Shown here: piece after piece, positions 1 through 8,992 of the stretch | Numbering within the stretch: the stretch's first letter is position 1 | How the letters are laid out: the number at the start of each line of letters is the position of its first letter | Virus record (IMG/VR): IMGVR_UViG_3300037478_000021 | Span: 1 to 28,347 of that record | Origin: a virus | Lineage: Duplodnaviria > Caudoviricetes | DNA length: 28,347 nucleotides | Direction: 5' to 3' (one strand) | Notes under the pieces: generated by a model | Told to the model about the DNA's origin: nothing | The model's database searches: none | Seen by the model: the letters and a program-made list of their open reading frames with translations, nothing else | Made by a program: the position numbers and the translations under genes

Positions 1-489
1 ACGGTTGGTATTCTGTACAAGATCATCGTACATCTTCTGGGCAAACTCACCACCACCGGGCATGGCAGCAATGCGCTCGATAGCAGCCCGAGGGTCTTCT
101 TCTTGAGAGAAGCCAGCCATTGCATCAGCCAAACGTTCTTGATCTCTGTGAGGGGCGTAGGTGGCTTTGTTACCGGACTGTACAAGGAAGGCGTCTCCTA
201 GGGTGCCGAGGACATCCCGAAGGGTGCCTTTAATCCCGAACATCCCTTTACGCTGGGCATCCCCTTTCTGGGCACCCGGCCGAGACTTCTGCTCGTCTTC
301 CAACGCCTGCTGGATGTAATCCCTGTTGTTCAGGCGCATGGGAGCACGTTGCTCGGCATCGGGATTAGGCGGAGGCAGGAGGGCTTGCATAGGCTTAGCC
401 GCTTCCTTCTCACGGGCCATGACTTGGATATCATCGCCTACAGCCTCAGGGGCAATCATCTGCCCTATCGTGCTGAAAAGACCTCCCAT
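1..489 (-). CDS. Probable DNA ejection/internal virion protein, truncated by the window edge
   Basis: Not in the ORF track. ATG at 489 overlaps the TAA of the upstream gene (TAATG); the frame MGGLFSTIGQMIAPEAVGDD... stays open for 163 codons to position 1. Function inferred from its position in P22-like gene order. Confidence 0.7.
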   Translation of the reverse strand, partial: MGGLFSTIGQMIAPEAVGDDIQVMAREKEAAKPMQALLPPPNPDAEQRAPMRLNNRDYIQQALEDEQKSRPGAQKGDAQRKGMFGIKGTLRDVLGTLGDAFLVQSGNKATYAPHRDQERLADAMAGFSQEEDPRAAIERIAAMPGGGEFAQKMYDDLVQNTNR

Positions 490-1151
490 TACAGTTCTCC
501 GAGTTGAGCGTAGTCTACCGTGGCGTAGCCGTTGATAACAGGTCCAAGGGCCTCAGGTTTGATGGCCTTTACCTCATCCGCCATGACTCCAATGAACGGT
601 CCACTGTCGTCTACGTAGTTGTATTTGTAAATGATAAGACCGTCAGGACGTTCGTACAGCTTCTTGATATTCTTCTTCAGACGACGATCAGACATAGCTA
701 CTGCCGAACCGATACTGCCGATTGCTCCGCCCATACCTGGCTTGCTCTTACTAGTAGACGTACTAGTCTGACCAGCACCAGCTATAAGGCTACCAGCACC
801 AAGACCAAGCTGGGCTTGCTGGAGAAGCTTCTGCATGTACCTATCAGCAAACTGAGACTGAATATCGTTACCGAACTGAGTCAGACGTTTACCAGTTGAC
901 CCGCTTCGGAGAAGGCCGCTAGCTGCTGCATTACCTGTGATACCACGAGAGCCTTGTTCAGCAGCAGGATTGAAACCTGTAGCATCCTTAAACGCCTGGA
1001 AGCCGGACGTATCGCCAGACAGTAGGGCCTGCAACCCAGACGCACCAGTATTAGCGGCATCAGTTAGACCGCCAAACTTCTCCTGAATGAACGGGTAAGC
1101 CTGATTAGAGCTGCTGCTCTTCTGTTTGGACTTCCCAAAAATGCCGCCCAT
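489..1151 (-). CDS. DNA ejection (pilot, P22 gp7-like) protein with C-terminal peptidase S74-like intramolecular chaperone domain
   Basis: G/S/A/Q-rich N-terminal region typical of pilot proteins; SDRRLKKNIKKL...GVMADEV...VDY matches the S74 auto-cleavage motif; follows a gp14-like gene. Confidence 0.7.
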   Translation of the reverse strand: MGGIFGKSKQKSSSSNQAYPFIQEKFGGLTDAANTGASGLQALLSGDTSGFQAFKDATGFNPAAEQGSRGITGNAAASGLLRSGSTGKRLTQFGNDIQSQFADRYMQKLLQQAQLGLGAGSLIAGAGQTSTSTSKSKPGMGGAIGSIGSAVAMSDRRLKKNIKKLYERPDGLIIYKYNYVDDSGPFIGVMADEVKAIKPEALGPVINGYATVDYAQLGEL

Positions 1152-1570
1152 CAGCCACTCTCCTTAAGGTATTCGTTCTTAGTTAAAATGAAAAGGGCGC
1201 AAGGTCCTACTTCAGTTGGTATCGTACCGTACTCTTTGAAGCCTACGTGCCGAGACATCCATAGGGCTCCTTTGTGATCTATCGGGGTAAGACCCCTGAT
1301 GACTTCGACGTCGTAAGGACCTGTAAAGATTTCTCGAAGCATCTCGTGTGAGAGTTTAATCGCTGCTCGTCCTCGACAGAAGAAGAAGTAATGCCCTGTC
1401 ACAACTCCCGGTTCATTCCTCTCGAACATGGAGACGTTACCGTCTTCGTCTGTCAGGGCTACGTTATTCTCATCATTGAGCCACTGCTCAGGGTCTAGTC
1501 CAACTATGTTCTCGGCGTATTGTTCAATCGCGGACAATACTGGCGTCACGTCGCGGGTACGGACTATCAT
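1151..1570 (-). CDS. GNAT-fold virion assembly protein (P22 gp14/DUF2824-like)
   Basis: GHYFF..RGRAA and [23 protein letters not shown] resemble GNAT motifs; sits directly before the ejection genes. Confidence 0.65.
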   Translation of the reverse strand: MIVRTRDVTPVLSAIEQYAENIVGLDPEQWLNDENNVALTDEDGNVSMFERNEPGVVTGHYFFFCRGRAAIKLSHEMLREIFTGPYDVEVIRGLTPIDHKGALWMSRHVGFKEYGTIPTEVGPCALFILTKNEYLKESG

Positions 1571-2424
1571 GTACCCAATAACCTTATCCTGGTTCCAACA
1601 TCAAAACTGTTAGCGTGAGGGAAAAGATCAATTTGAGTGATAGCGGAATTACTGCGCCAAACGCCACTGTTACGATCTTCGAAAGACGCACTAGGGAAGT
1701 AGCCAACAGATTTGATAGTTTTAAAACGAGTGGTATCGGCATAGGCGTAAATCCAACCATCACTAGGAGCACGGACTCCTGCTGTGGCTGTCGCGGCTTC
1801 ACAGCAACCGAACCTCATTCGAGTTGTCTCACTTCCGGTACCGAACCGGTTCTCTACATAGGATGTGTAGTTCGCCCCGGTATCGCCATTAAACCTGATC
1901 GAGTAGGCTTGAACGGCCCCTGTGTTCATCCTAGCCTCTACGATGAGCCGTAGATCGGTATAAGCCCCACTAATACTTGTAATAGATACACTCGAAGCGG
2001 TAGCCGTTAGTATCTCATCATAAAGGACTGTGAAACCTCCACCCCCGCCGCCTCCAGAACCGTTCGACGCCGCTGTCAGCCTTCCTTGCTGGTCGACGGT
2101 GATGTCGGCGTTGGTGTAGGAGCCCGGCGTTACTGCTGTATCCGCTAAGGCCACGTTGTCGGAGTTGACATCAATCCCTGTCCCGGCCCCAACATTCAAG
2201 GTGACATCCGCCGACAGTGGTCCACCGTCGGTAAGTCCGGCACCCGCAATGATGTCACGAGCAGCAGCCCAATCATCGATGAGTTGTTGAGCTTCTGCCG
2301 CTGTAATCCCTTGTCCGATGTCAATCTGACGCTGTTGAGCCCACCGGATAAAATAGTCCGTGGGCTTGCCATCAGGACCAACAACAGCGAACTCTTTAGC
2401 TAGAGGCTGGAGAATGCCTACCAT
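1567..2424 (-). CDS. Tail fibre/needle-like protein
   Basis: Fibre-type segments ([50 protein letters not shown]), poly-Gly linker and beta-rich C-terminal domain; located at the P22 gp26 position. Confidence 0.6.
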   Translation of the reverse strand: MVGILQPLAKEFAVVGPDGKPTDYFIRWAQQRQIDIGQGITAAEAQQLIDDWAAARDIIAGAGLTDGGPLSADVTLNVGAGTGIDVNSDNVALADTAVTPGSYTNADITVDQQGRLTAASNGSGGGGGGGFTVLYDEILTATASSVSITSISGAYTDLRLIVEARMNTGAVQAYSIRFNGDTGANYTSYVENRFGTGSETTRMRFGCCEAATATAGVRAPSDGWIYAYADTTRFKTIKSVGYFPSASFEDRNSGVWRSNSAITQIDLFPHANSFDVGTRIRLLGT

Positions 2425-2433
2425 CGTTAATCC

Positions 2434-3273
2434 TTACTCGTTAACATCAAGACTATCGATCCTAGCAAAGGCTCCGTTATCTTCCAGTCTGAACAACCGA
2501 CCGGGAGCACGTACCTGCCCCATCGATAACCACCTGAACTCTTGAGCGAAGTTGCCTTCTTCTACAACCTTGACGTCATCAGCCACAACATAAGTCTGGC
2601 CTTGATCGTCGGAGTAAGAGAGAGAGACGGTGTTTGCCTCTAGTGACGGGGCACCTAAAGAAGCTCGAAGATCGACAGAGAACACAGGCTCAAAGACCCG
2701 TGCCTTAGTAGTCATCTGCCCTGTAGCAACACGAGGGAATGTAACCTGAGTATCGTCCTCAAGGAGGGCGTCATCAGTCCCTTGCTCAGGATCAAGCACC
2801 CAGAGAACACCGTAGGAGTCATCACCGACGATGATGTTACTTCCAGAGTTCGATGGTATCGTACCAGCAGAGCGCCAGTTCAATCCTATACTGGCTCTCC
2901 AGTTAGGATTTGTGCTGGTAGTCCACCAAGACCACGTCTGAGTTGAGAGGTCGAATACCAGCGTCTTGCCAGTGGTTCCTAGTTTCAGAACGTAGTAGTC
3001 GTGTCCGTCGAGGGTGTACGCCCAAGCCCTTAACTTAGGATTATCAATACGACCACGGACAACTGCAAGTACTTGACCACTAGTGATCCGCATCTGCTGA
3101 GAGTCACGGTCATAGACGACGTGAGCGTCGCCGTATGTGACACGGACCTCCTCAGCCGGGACGTTGTAAACAGCTAGAGGAAAAGCTTGAGTAACTCTCA
3201 GTTGCTGCGAGGCTTGGTCGAATGTCGCGATAACCCCTGCCTGAGGGGCTTGAATTTCAGGGGTTAACGCCAT
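2434..3273 (-). CDS. Tail hub protein, C-terminal part (P22 gp10-like)
   Basis: YTLDGHDYYVL, TLVFDLSTQTW, VGD..G.LW.LD, LSYSDDQGQTY and RWLSMGQVR..RLFRL recall the C-terminal half of gp10/phage-stabilisation proteins. Confidence 0.6.
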   Translation of the reverse strand: MALTPEIQAPQAGVIATFDQASQQLRVTQAFPLAVYNVPAEEVRVTYGDAHVVYDRDSQQMRITSGQVLAVVRGRIDNPKLRAWAYTLDGHDYYVLKLGTTGKTLVFDLSTQTWSWWTTSTNPNWRASIGLNWRSAGTIPSNSGSNIIVGDDSYGVLWVLDPEQGTDDALLEDDTQVTFPRVATGQMTTKARVFEPVFSVDLRASLGAPSLEANTVSLSYSDDQGQTYVVADDVKVVEEGNFAQEFRWLSMGQVRAPGRLFRLEDNGAFARIDSLDVNE

Positions 3274-3282
3274 CGTTTATCC

Positions 3283-4359
3283 TTACGTAGTGCGATCAAT
3301 CTGTAGGTTCGTGTCGTTAACCGCAGCAGGCAGCCAAGGAGCCGTAGTAGCCGGGTCTTCCTCGAAAACATCCCTCCAGTACGTCTGGGCCACCGTGATG
3401 GGGCGATCAGTCCCAAGGACTGTAGCCGGAGTTCCGTCAGGATCAGAGATAAGACCAACCTGAAGGGAGCCGTCACCACCGTCGTTCTTAGCGGCACGGA
3501 CGAAGGTGATAACACCTTTGACGCTCGTGACGTCGTCCGGAAGATCGGAGAGTGTAGCGACATACGGGTCAGGCAACGGATCGTCTTCTGCGTAGATGTA
3601 CGTACCATCGACAGGCGGGATGTTATCAAGGATGCTGTAACCTTCAGTCCCGGTTGACAGACCCCAGTTAAGATCAACGTCGCTCGTAGGAAGGAGGTTG
3701 GTAACTAGGACTGATCCGAGGAAATCATTGTTATATGAACCGGAGTCATCCCAGATTACAAAATCTTTATAGTAATTAGTATCAGTGCTAGGAGCATTCG
3801 AGTGAAAATGCCCGTTACCGAGAAAGACTTGGTAGATAGAGTCGGCGGTCAGGTCAATACCTGTTACGCTTGCGTCCCAAGTCACCGTCTGGCCTTCTAC
3901 GCGAAGCTCGAAAGAGTCCGTAGCCCCAGCTCCTGTGACTAACTTGGCCTCAAGGTGATACCATCCGTTAGCTGTGATGACAGGATTTACAGAGGTGGCG
4001 ACTGTAGTGCCTGTAGTGGAGCCGGTTTTAAGTATGGCCCTTCCCGTTGTATCGAACTCTACAAAGCAGAAAATAGCGCCGCCTGAGTTGTAGAAGGCAA
4101 TCGTGGGACGGATGTAGAACTCAAACGAAAGGTTAGTGCACCAGACACGGGCAGCCACTCCTACCGTAGTGGAAGCGCTGGTTAGGACGTATCGCACCCC
4201 GCCAGTACCGTTACTGGATATCCGCATGACGTATCCGCCTGAGATACCGTCAGGGTCCGTCACTAGGCTCACGCTCGGAGTATCGGCGTAAACGCCATTA
4301 AGCATCAGTGCTGCGGTAGTGCCGTAAATGGAGAAGTTGTCGGCATGTACAAGAGCCAT
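3283..4359 (-). CDS. Virion protein with concanavalin A/LamG-like beta-sandwich (putative receptor-binding or tail appendage)
   Basis: Beta-rich, acidic, T/G-rich; NGWYHLEAK...ELRVEG and YYKDFVIWD resemble LamG-like signatures; inside the tail module. Confidence 0.5.
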   Translation of the reverse strand: MALVHADNFSIYGTTAALMLNGVYADTPSVSLVTDPDGISGGYVMRISSNGTGGVRYVLTSASTTVGVAARVWCTNLSFEFYIRPTIAFYNSGGAIFCFVEFDTTGRAILKTGSTTGTTVATSVNPVITANGWYHLEAKLVTGAGATDSFELRVEGQTVTWDASVTGIDLTADSIYQVFLGNGHFHSNAPSTDTNYYKDFVIWDDSGSYNNDFLGSVLVTNLLPTSDVDLNWGLSTGTEGYSILDNIPPVDGTYIYAEDDPLPDPYVATLSDLPDDVTSVKGVITFVRAAKNDGGDGSLQVGLISDPDGTPATVLGTDRPITVAQTYWRDVFEEDPATTAPWLPAAVNDTNLQIDRTT

Positions 4360-4369
4360 AAGAAGTTCC

Positions 4370-5641
4370 TTAGTAGAGATAACCTTGCTGAAGCGAGATA
4401 GCCGTTCGTATCTGCTCTTCTATATCTGGAGTGGAGATACGCTGAGGAGAGCCTCCTGAAGCAGTGAACACTCCACCATCGGCATCGACGAGGAAGAGTG
4501 TTTCGTGCAGGGCTTGGGCCGTGTTCTGCCATGAGCCTCTATCAAGGACGACACCTTGCAGCCGTTGCATCGGCGTAGCCGCATCGCCTGAGACGTACCA
4601 GACTTCGGTGGTACTCTCACCCGGAAGCCAAAACTGGTCCCCGAAAACTTCTACACCGTAGACTCCGTCAGGAGATCGCTCGGCAGTGGCGAAGTTCAGT
4701 GGATCGACTACGATCTCACCCGGCTCAATCCAGTAAAAGCGACCTTGAAAACCATCAGTCTGGGCAGGTATTACAATTACATAGGAGTTAATAACTGCGA
4801 CATCGATGACACCGATATCGTCTGGCATTTGGACTTGAAGAACTACGTCTCCACCCCCTCCGGTAAGAGTGCCGCCTCCTGACCAAGCAAGAGCTGCTCC
4901 TGTCTCAGTAGTTACGATGGTGTTCCCGCCAGCTCCTAGTATCTTCGCCCTTACAGTTACCGCAGTTGATGTGTGTGAACTTGCGTCAACAGTAGTATGC
5001 TCAGTAAGTGCTGTAGAGTATTGCGTACCAGCCGTACCTGAGGCGTTGATGGCGTCGTACAGGTTGGTGAAAGCCTCCGTTGACGTAGTGCCTAGGGCTA
5101 CTAGCCAAGGGTTGCCGGATGATCCGTCGGGTGTTCCTGCGTCAACAGAGCCGTTCGTAAAACTGTAGTACGTCCCGTCAATACGGACGACATCGGTGTT
5201 CGCTGGAGTACCTGACAGGGTGCTATGGGCATAGCCATTAGCGATGTACACAAGAAGTGCTGAACCGTCAGCTACGAAAAGGTACTCCGGAGTCTCGCCT
5301 ATCTCAGCTGTGATCGCCATATTGACGAACCCTTTTTCAGGGCTAAAGAGTCCGGTGTACAGCTCCGTATCAACGAGTTCGTTTGTTAGTCGATAGAGGT
5401 TGGCACCAGAGGCCACGAAGAGGTCACCACTAAAGGCACCGGCTTCGGAGTGCAGACCTCGGATAGGACCGGGGCCTAGATACATTAGACGTCGCATACC
5501 GGGTCTGGCAAGCAGAGCTGATCCGTCATCCGTGAGAAATGGGTTCTGCTCGAAGTACCTGTTCTTCAGCATCAGCGACAGGGCGTCTGATACTTGCCTT
5601 CGGAAATCGCTAGTGTTGAAGTTTACTTTCACAGTGGCCAA
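4370..5641 (-). CDS. Tail hub protein, N-terminal part (P22 gp10-like) with an inserted domain
   Basis: LLARPG, GPIRGL, LFVASGANLYRL and FATAERSPDG...GESTTEVW are gp10-like; follows the gp4-like gene. Confidence 0.7.
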   Translation of the reverse strand: MATVKVNFNTSDFRRQVSDALSLMLKNRYFEQNPFLTDDGSALLARPGMRRLMYLGPGPIRGLHSEAGAFSGDLFVASGANLYRLTNELVDTELYTGLFSPEKGFVNMAITAEIGETPEYLFVADGSALLVYIANGYAHSTLSGTPANTDVVRIDGTYYSFTNGSVDAGTPDGSSGNPWLVALGTTSTEAFTNLYDAINASGTAGTQYSTALTEHTTVDASSHTSTAVTVRAKILGAGGNTIVTTETGAALAWSGGGTLTGGGGDVVLQVQMPDDIGVIDVAVINSYVIVIPAQTDGFQGRFYWIEPGEIVVDPLNFATAERSPDGVYGVEVFGDQFWLPGESTTEVWYVSGDAATPMQRLQGVVLDRGSWQNTAQALHETLFLVDADGGVFTASGGSPQRISTPDIEEQIRTAISLQQGYLY

Positions 5642-6408
5642 CCTTTATTGAACATATCATTCGGATTGTAGAACTCGTACATCGAACCCCAACGATCCCT
5701 ATCGATAGCCACCCTAGCAGGCCGGATAAGAGCCAGCTCGGAGTGTACCGGGATGTTCTGAGTGTACCTAGCCTGAAGCTGACGTTTAGACCGACGATGG
5801 ATCATCACAGCTTCTTCGGTGAGCGCTGCCCCGTAGGACGGGTTTAGCCTCATAGCAAGGAGGGTGATGAAGTAGTCGTCAAACTCTACAGGGAACGGGA
5901 ACGTGTCACCTGCGATAAGTGGGGCGTACTTCACCCAGTTAGCCAAATCAGAGCGGAAGAACCATTCCGAGTCCGTGCTATTTGTATTCAACGTGATGAC
6001 GTTAGAGCCTTCAATAAGGCGTCCGTTGCCGTAGATGTTGGCGTTGTACGTAGAGAGGTTTCCGCTTACATCGACTACTGCGAAACGGGAGCCGTCATCA
6101 GGAGAGGGGTGGAGGTACAGGTTGATCTCTGCTTCCAAGTTCAACATCAGTCGGTAGTTTTTAGGTACGAACCAATCGTTATCGGGGACTTGGTCCCACC
6201 AAGGATAACCACTCGGCCTATCGATGTTATTCCTGCCGATAGGAAAGGCAGTGAGAGGATCGCCAGCTTCGTTGCCAAACACCGACTTAACGATACGGTT
6301 GAGATAACGGAGGGCTTCCGTCGTCTGAGCCGCCGTGGGTGACACACCGATAGCAAGGATGTTACTAATACGGTAGGCGTCAGTGATGATTTCCGAAACT
6401 AGCGTCAT
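5629..6408 (-). CDS. Head-tail adaptor (P22 gp4-like)
   Basis: N-terminus TLVSEIITDAYR...PTAAQTTEALRYLN and C-terminal LLAMRLNPSYG typical of gp4-like adaptors; gene order. Confidence 0.65.
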   Translation of the reverse strand: MTLVSEIITDAYRISNILAIGVSPTAAQTTEALRYLNRIVKSVFGNEAGDPLTAFPIGRNNIDRPSGYPWWDQVPDNDWFVPKNYRLMLNLEAEINLYLHPSPDDGSRFAVVDVSGNLSTYNANIYGNGRLIEGSNVITLNTNSTDSEWFFRSDLANWVKYAPLIAGDTFPFPVEFDDYFITLLAMRLNPSYGAALTEEAVMIHRRSKRQLQARYTQNIPVHSELALIRPARVAIDRDRWGSMYEFYNPNDMFNKGWPL

Positions 6409-6417
6409 CTCTTATCC

Positions 6418-7383
6418 TTAGGTAGCGTTATAGTATACGTCTACGCGGAGGGGTTGGGTTGATGGTCGTGGGTTGCGGACGTAGAAATTATCAGCTTCGG
6501 GAACGTCTACCCAGAAGACTTCACCACAGTCAAGCAAGACACCCTTCAAGGCGTCCAGACCTCCAGTAAGAAAACCAGAACCGTCGACAGTAATGTTGCT
6601 CGCATTCTCGGCGAAGGCAATCTCATTACCACGAACACCATCAAGGATGGACGTCACCGTAACCGTGCCAGCACCGTCAGCAGCTGTGACTTCGGTGTGA
6701 GCCGTGATGGCTGGACCTTCATCGTTGCCGCCCGTCAGATTAGCACCAGAGACAGTCGTGTTATCCGCACTCTCTGCAAGTGAGATAGAGTTACCAGCGA
6801 ACCCGGCAGTCAAGGCGGTGATCGTCACCGTACCTGCGGCATTAGACCCAGAGACAATCTCGCTATCCGCAAGAATAGTCGCCTCAAGGTTGTCACCGGT
6901 CTCGGTCTCATTGGCACCGATAGTCACATCAAACGGAACAGCCGCGGACGCAACAAAGGTGTACACTTCGGCACCGATAGTGACAGTATCATTAGCAGTA
7001 GGAACACCACCAGCAAAGATGACCTCCCCTTCGGCGGCTGTAGCTGGGATGGCCGCACGACCGTTGATGGCCGCCGTCAGTGCAGCTTCACTGGCTGCTT
7101 GGTTAGCGCCAATCAGAACGTCGTAGTCGCCGGGGTCATCAAATGCAGCGACAAACGTGTAAGTGATGTCACCAATAGTTACAGTTCCTGTGTCGTTAGG
7201 TTGACCTCCGAAAGTTATAACACCTTCAGCGTTTTCACCTACGAGACTAGGAGCCGAACTGCCGGTAGCAACGAACAGCGGATGAGTAGCCGGATAACGG
7301 CTGATACGGATGAAATCAACACCCGCGCTAGTGACCGCAACCCAGTTGTCCTGCGGTTCGATATAGATGTTAGAGACAGTCAT
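6418..7383 (-). CDS. Virion decoration/appendage protein with nested internal repeat
   Basis: A/T/G-rich; two copies of a ~105-aa module (P..TVTIG..YTFV..IGAN; GTVT.T...GN.I...LTGG); between coat and adaptor genes. Confidence 0.55.
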   Translation of the reverse strand: MTVSNIYIEPQDNWVAVTSAGVDFIRISRYPATHPLFVATGSSAPSLVGENAEGVITFGGQPNDTGTVTIGDITYTFVAAFDDPGDYDVLIGANQAASEAALTAAINGRAAIPATAAEGEVIFAGGVPTANDTVTIGAEVYTFVASAAVPFDVTIGANETETGDNLEATILADSEIVSGSNAAGTVTITALTAGFAGNSISLAESADNTTVSGANLTGGNDEGPAITAHTEVTAADGAGTVTVTSILDGVRGNEIAFAENASNITVDGSGFLTGGLDALKGVLLDCGEVFWVDVPEADNFYVRNPRPSTQPLRVDVYYNAT

Positions 7384-7419
7384 AAGTCACTCCTAAGAAA
7401 CTGTTGAATGGCTTACGGC

Positions 7420-7605
7420 TTACTTAATGACGCCTTGCGTCCTAAGGGTTGCGATAAGATCGGTGACTGCCGTTGAGATAGCCTGTACTTCGGCTTCAAC
7501 GTAAGAACCAGAGATATCGACCGCAGCATAGGTGACAGTCGAACCGTCCTTCTGCATCTTAGCTTTCAGGTAGTCGGACTTCGTGACATTTTCAGGAAGA
7601 GCCAT
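7420..7605 (-). CDS. Small virion protein (possible head fibre/decoration), 61 aa
   Basis: GGAG RBS; C-terminal helix LIATLRTQGVIK as in short trimeric head-fibre proteins; directly after the coat gene. Confidence 0.55.
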   Translation of the reverse strand: MALPENVTKSDYLKAKMQKDGSTVTYAAVDISGSYVEAEVQAISTAVTDLIATLRTQGVIK

Positions 7606-7619
7606 TTGTATTCTCCATT

Positions 7620-7654
7620 AAAAACTCGGGGTATGACCATTCAGGGACCCCGAG
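7620..7654 (-). terminator. Intrinsic terminator after the major capsid gene
   Basis: Minus strand CTCGGGGT-N14-ACCCCGAG followed by TTTTT, 11 nt past the coat stop codon. Confidence 0.75.
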
Positions 7655-7665
7655 AAGTTTAGTCT

Positions 7666-8946
7666 TTAGCTGCCGTTGATACGGACAGAACGAGGACGAC
7701 CGTTGGCACGGACGTTAGCCTCTACCGCTACGTCGAAACGAACACGGTGCTCGCCGGTCGCGAAGACCGAGTCCTGCCACATACGGACACTCAACGGAAC
7801 CTTGGTCAGGGACTTGCGCGAAGCAATACCCGTCGCAGGCATGATGAGGTCAGCCGTATTGATAACGACAGCCTGCTTGTTCGCGATGAAGCGAGGATGC
7901 AGAACCGCCGAGACGCCACCAACAAAGGTGACCGCAGCCGTGTTACCAGCAGCAACCGAGACCGTACGATACGGGCCGGAGGTGATGATCGCCGGGAATA
8001 CCCGAGGAGCAACAGCACCGCCAGAAGCCGTCCAGTCACCGATGATGCGGAACTGCTGAAGATGGCCGAGGACCTTCTTCGCACGGTTGTCGTAGGCGTA
8101 GACATCAGCGATGGTGAACACTTCACCGTCCTTGATGGTTTCAGTACCCGAGCCGATATCCATGTTGAGGATCTGGCTCTTGAACTGGCCCGGAGCACCC
8201 GAGATGGCGACGTCTTCGTAAGTCGTAGCCGAGTCCGCCGTACCGGCAGTCAGGGCAGACGTCTGGAGACGAGTACCCGTGGTAAGCGCCGGAAGCTGCT
8301 GGGTGAACAGGGTAGGAATACCTGCAACCGTGCCGGTGAAACCGGAACGATAGGTACCCTGACCGAGGGCAGCCAGCGAGGCGTTGTCAGACACGACGTC
8401 CGAACCAAGGGCCTGCTTGTCGTGGTACGTGAGTACGGCACGGAGGTCCATGTCCTCACAGCCTTCGTCCTTCAGACGGGTGTAACCCGCTGCAACGTCG
8501 TCGTAGGTGGCAACATTCGAGTCACCATCGCCGAGCCAGTTGTTGGACGCCTTAGCAGCGAAACCAAGGATGTAGGCGTCGATATCCGTTGACAGGCGGA
8601 GAGCAGCAGCCTTGAGGGCTTCGCTTTCACGAGCCGCGCCGATGTCACGGATTTTAACGAAGTCGGCCCAGCCCATGCTAGAGCCAACCACCTGAGTCAG
8701 CTTGTACTGCTCAGAGCCAAACGTGGTGTCTTGGACACCACCAGACAGATCGTTAACAACGCTCGTGGTGAACGTGGTCGTGTAGTCAGGAACAACCTGC
8801 TCAACAACAGTCAGAGCGTTACGGTCATTCATCTCGCCGTCAAACTTTTTCCAAGTTACGAGATCGGCAGATACGAGGTTATTTTGGAAGATCGCAGCAA
8901 ACGCATTAAGGACGAGTTTTGCTTGATCTACAGTAACAGTAGCCAT
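7666..8946 (-). CDS. Major capsid protein (P22 coat-like, HK97 fold)
   Basis: 426 aa after portal and scaffold; IKDGEVFTIADVYA...LQQFRI insertion and RVRFDV C-terminus resemble the P22 gp5 family; strong codon bias; own terminator. Confidence 0.85.
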   Translation of the reverse strand: MATVTVDQAKLVLNAFAAIFQNNLVSADLVTWKKFDGEMNDRNALTVVEQVVPDYTTTFTTSVVNDLSGGVQDTTFGSEQYKLTQVVGSSMGWADFVKIRDIGAARESEALKAAALRLSTDIDAYILGFAAKASNNWLGDGDSNVATYDDVAAGYTRLKDEGCEDMDLRAVLTYHDKQALGSDVVSDNASLAALGQGTYRSGFTGTVAGIPTLFTQQLPALTTGTRLQTSALTAGTADSATTYEDVAISGAPGQFKSQILNMDIGSGTETIKDGEVFTIADVYAYDNRAKKVLGHLQQFRIIGDWTASGGAVAPRVFPAIITSGPYRTVSVAAGNTAAVTFVGGVSAVLHPRFIANKQAVVINTADLIMPATGIASRKSLTKVPLSVRMWQDSVFATGEHRVRFDVAVEANVRANGRPRSVRINGS

Positions 8947-8992
8947 TGTAGAAATTTCCTTTGATTATGAGTTATGGCTACGTCCGTTTGGT

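Noticed and set aside
7676-8592. Long plus-strand ORFs (up to 281 aa) opposite the coat gene, and similar shadows over portal, terL and the ligases
   Set aside because: Antisense shadows of strongly codon-biased genes; no RBS or recognisable motifs.
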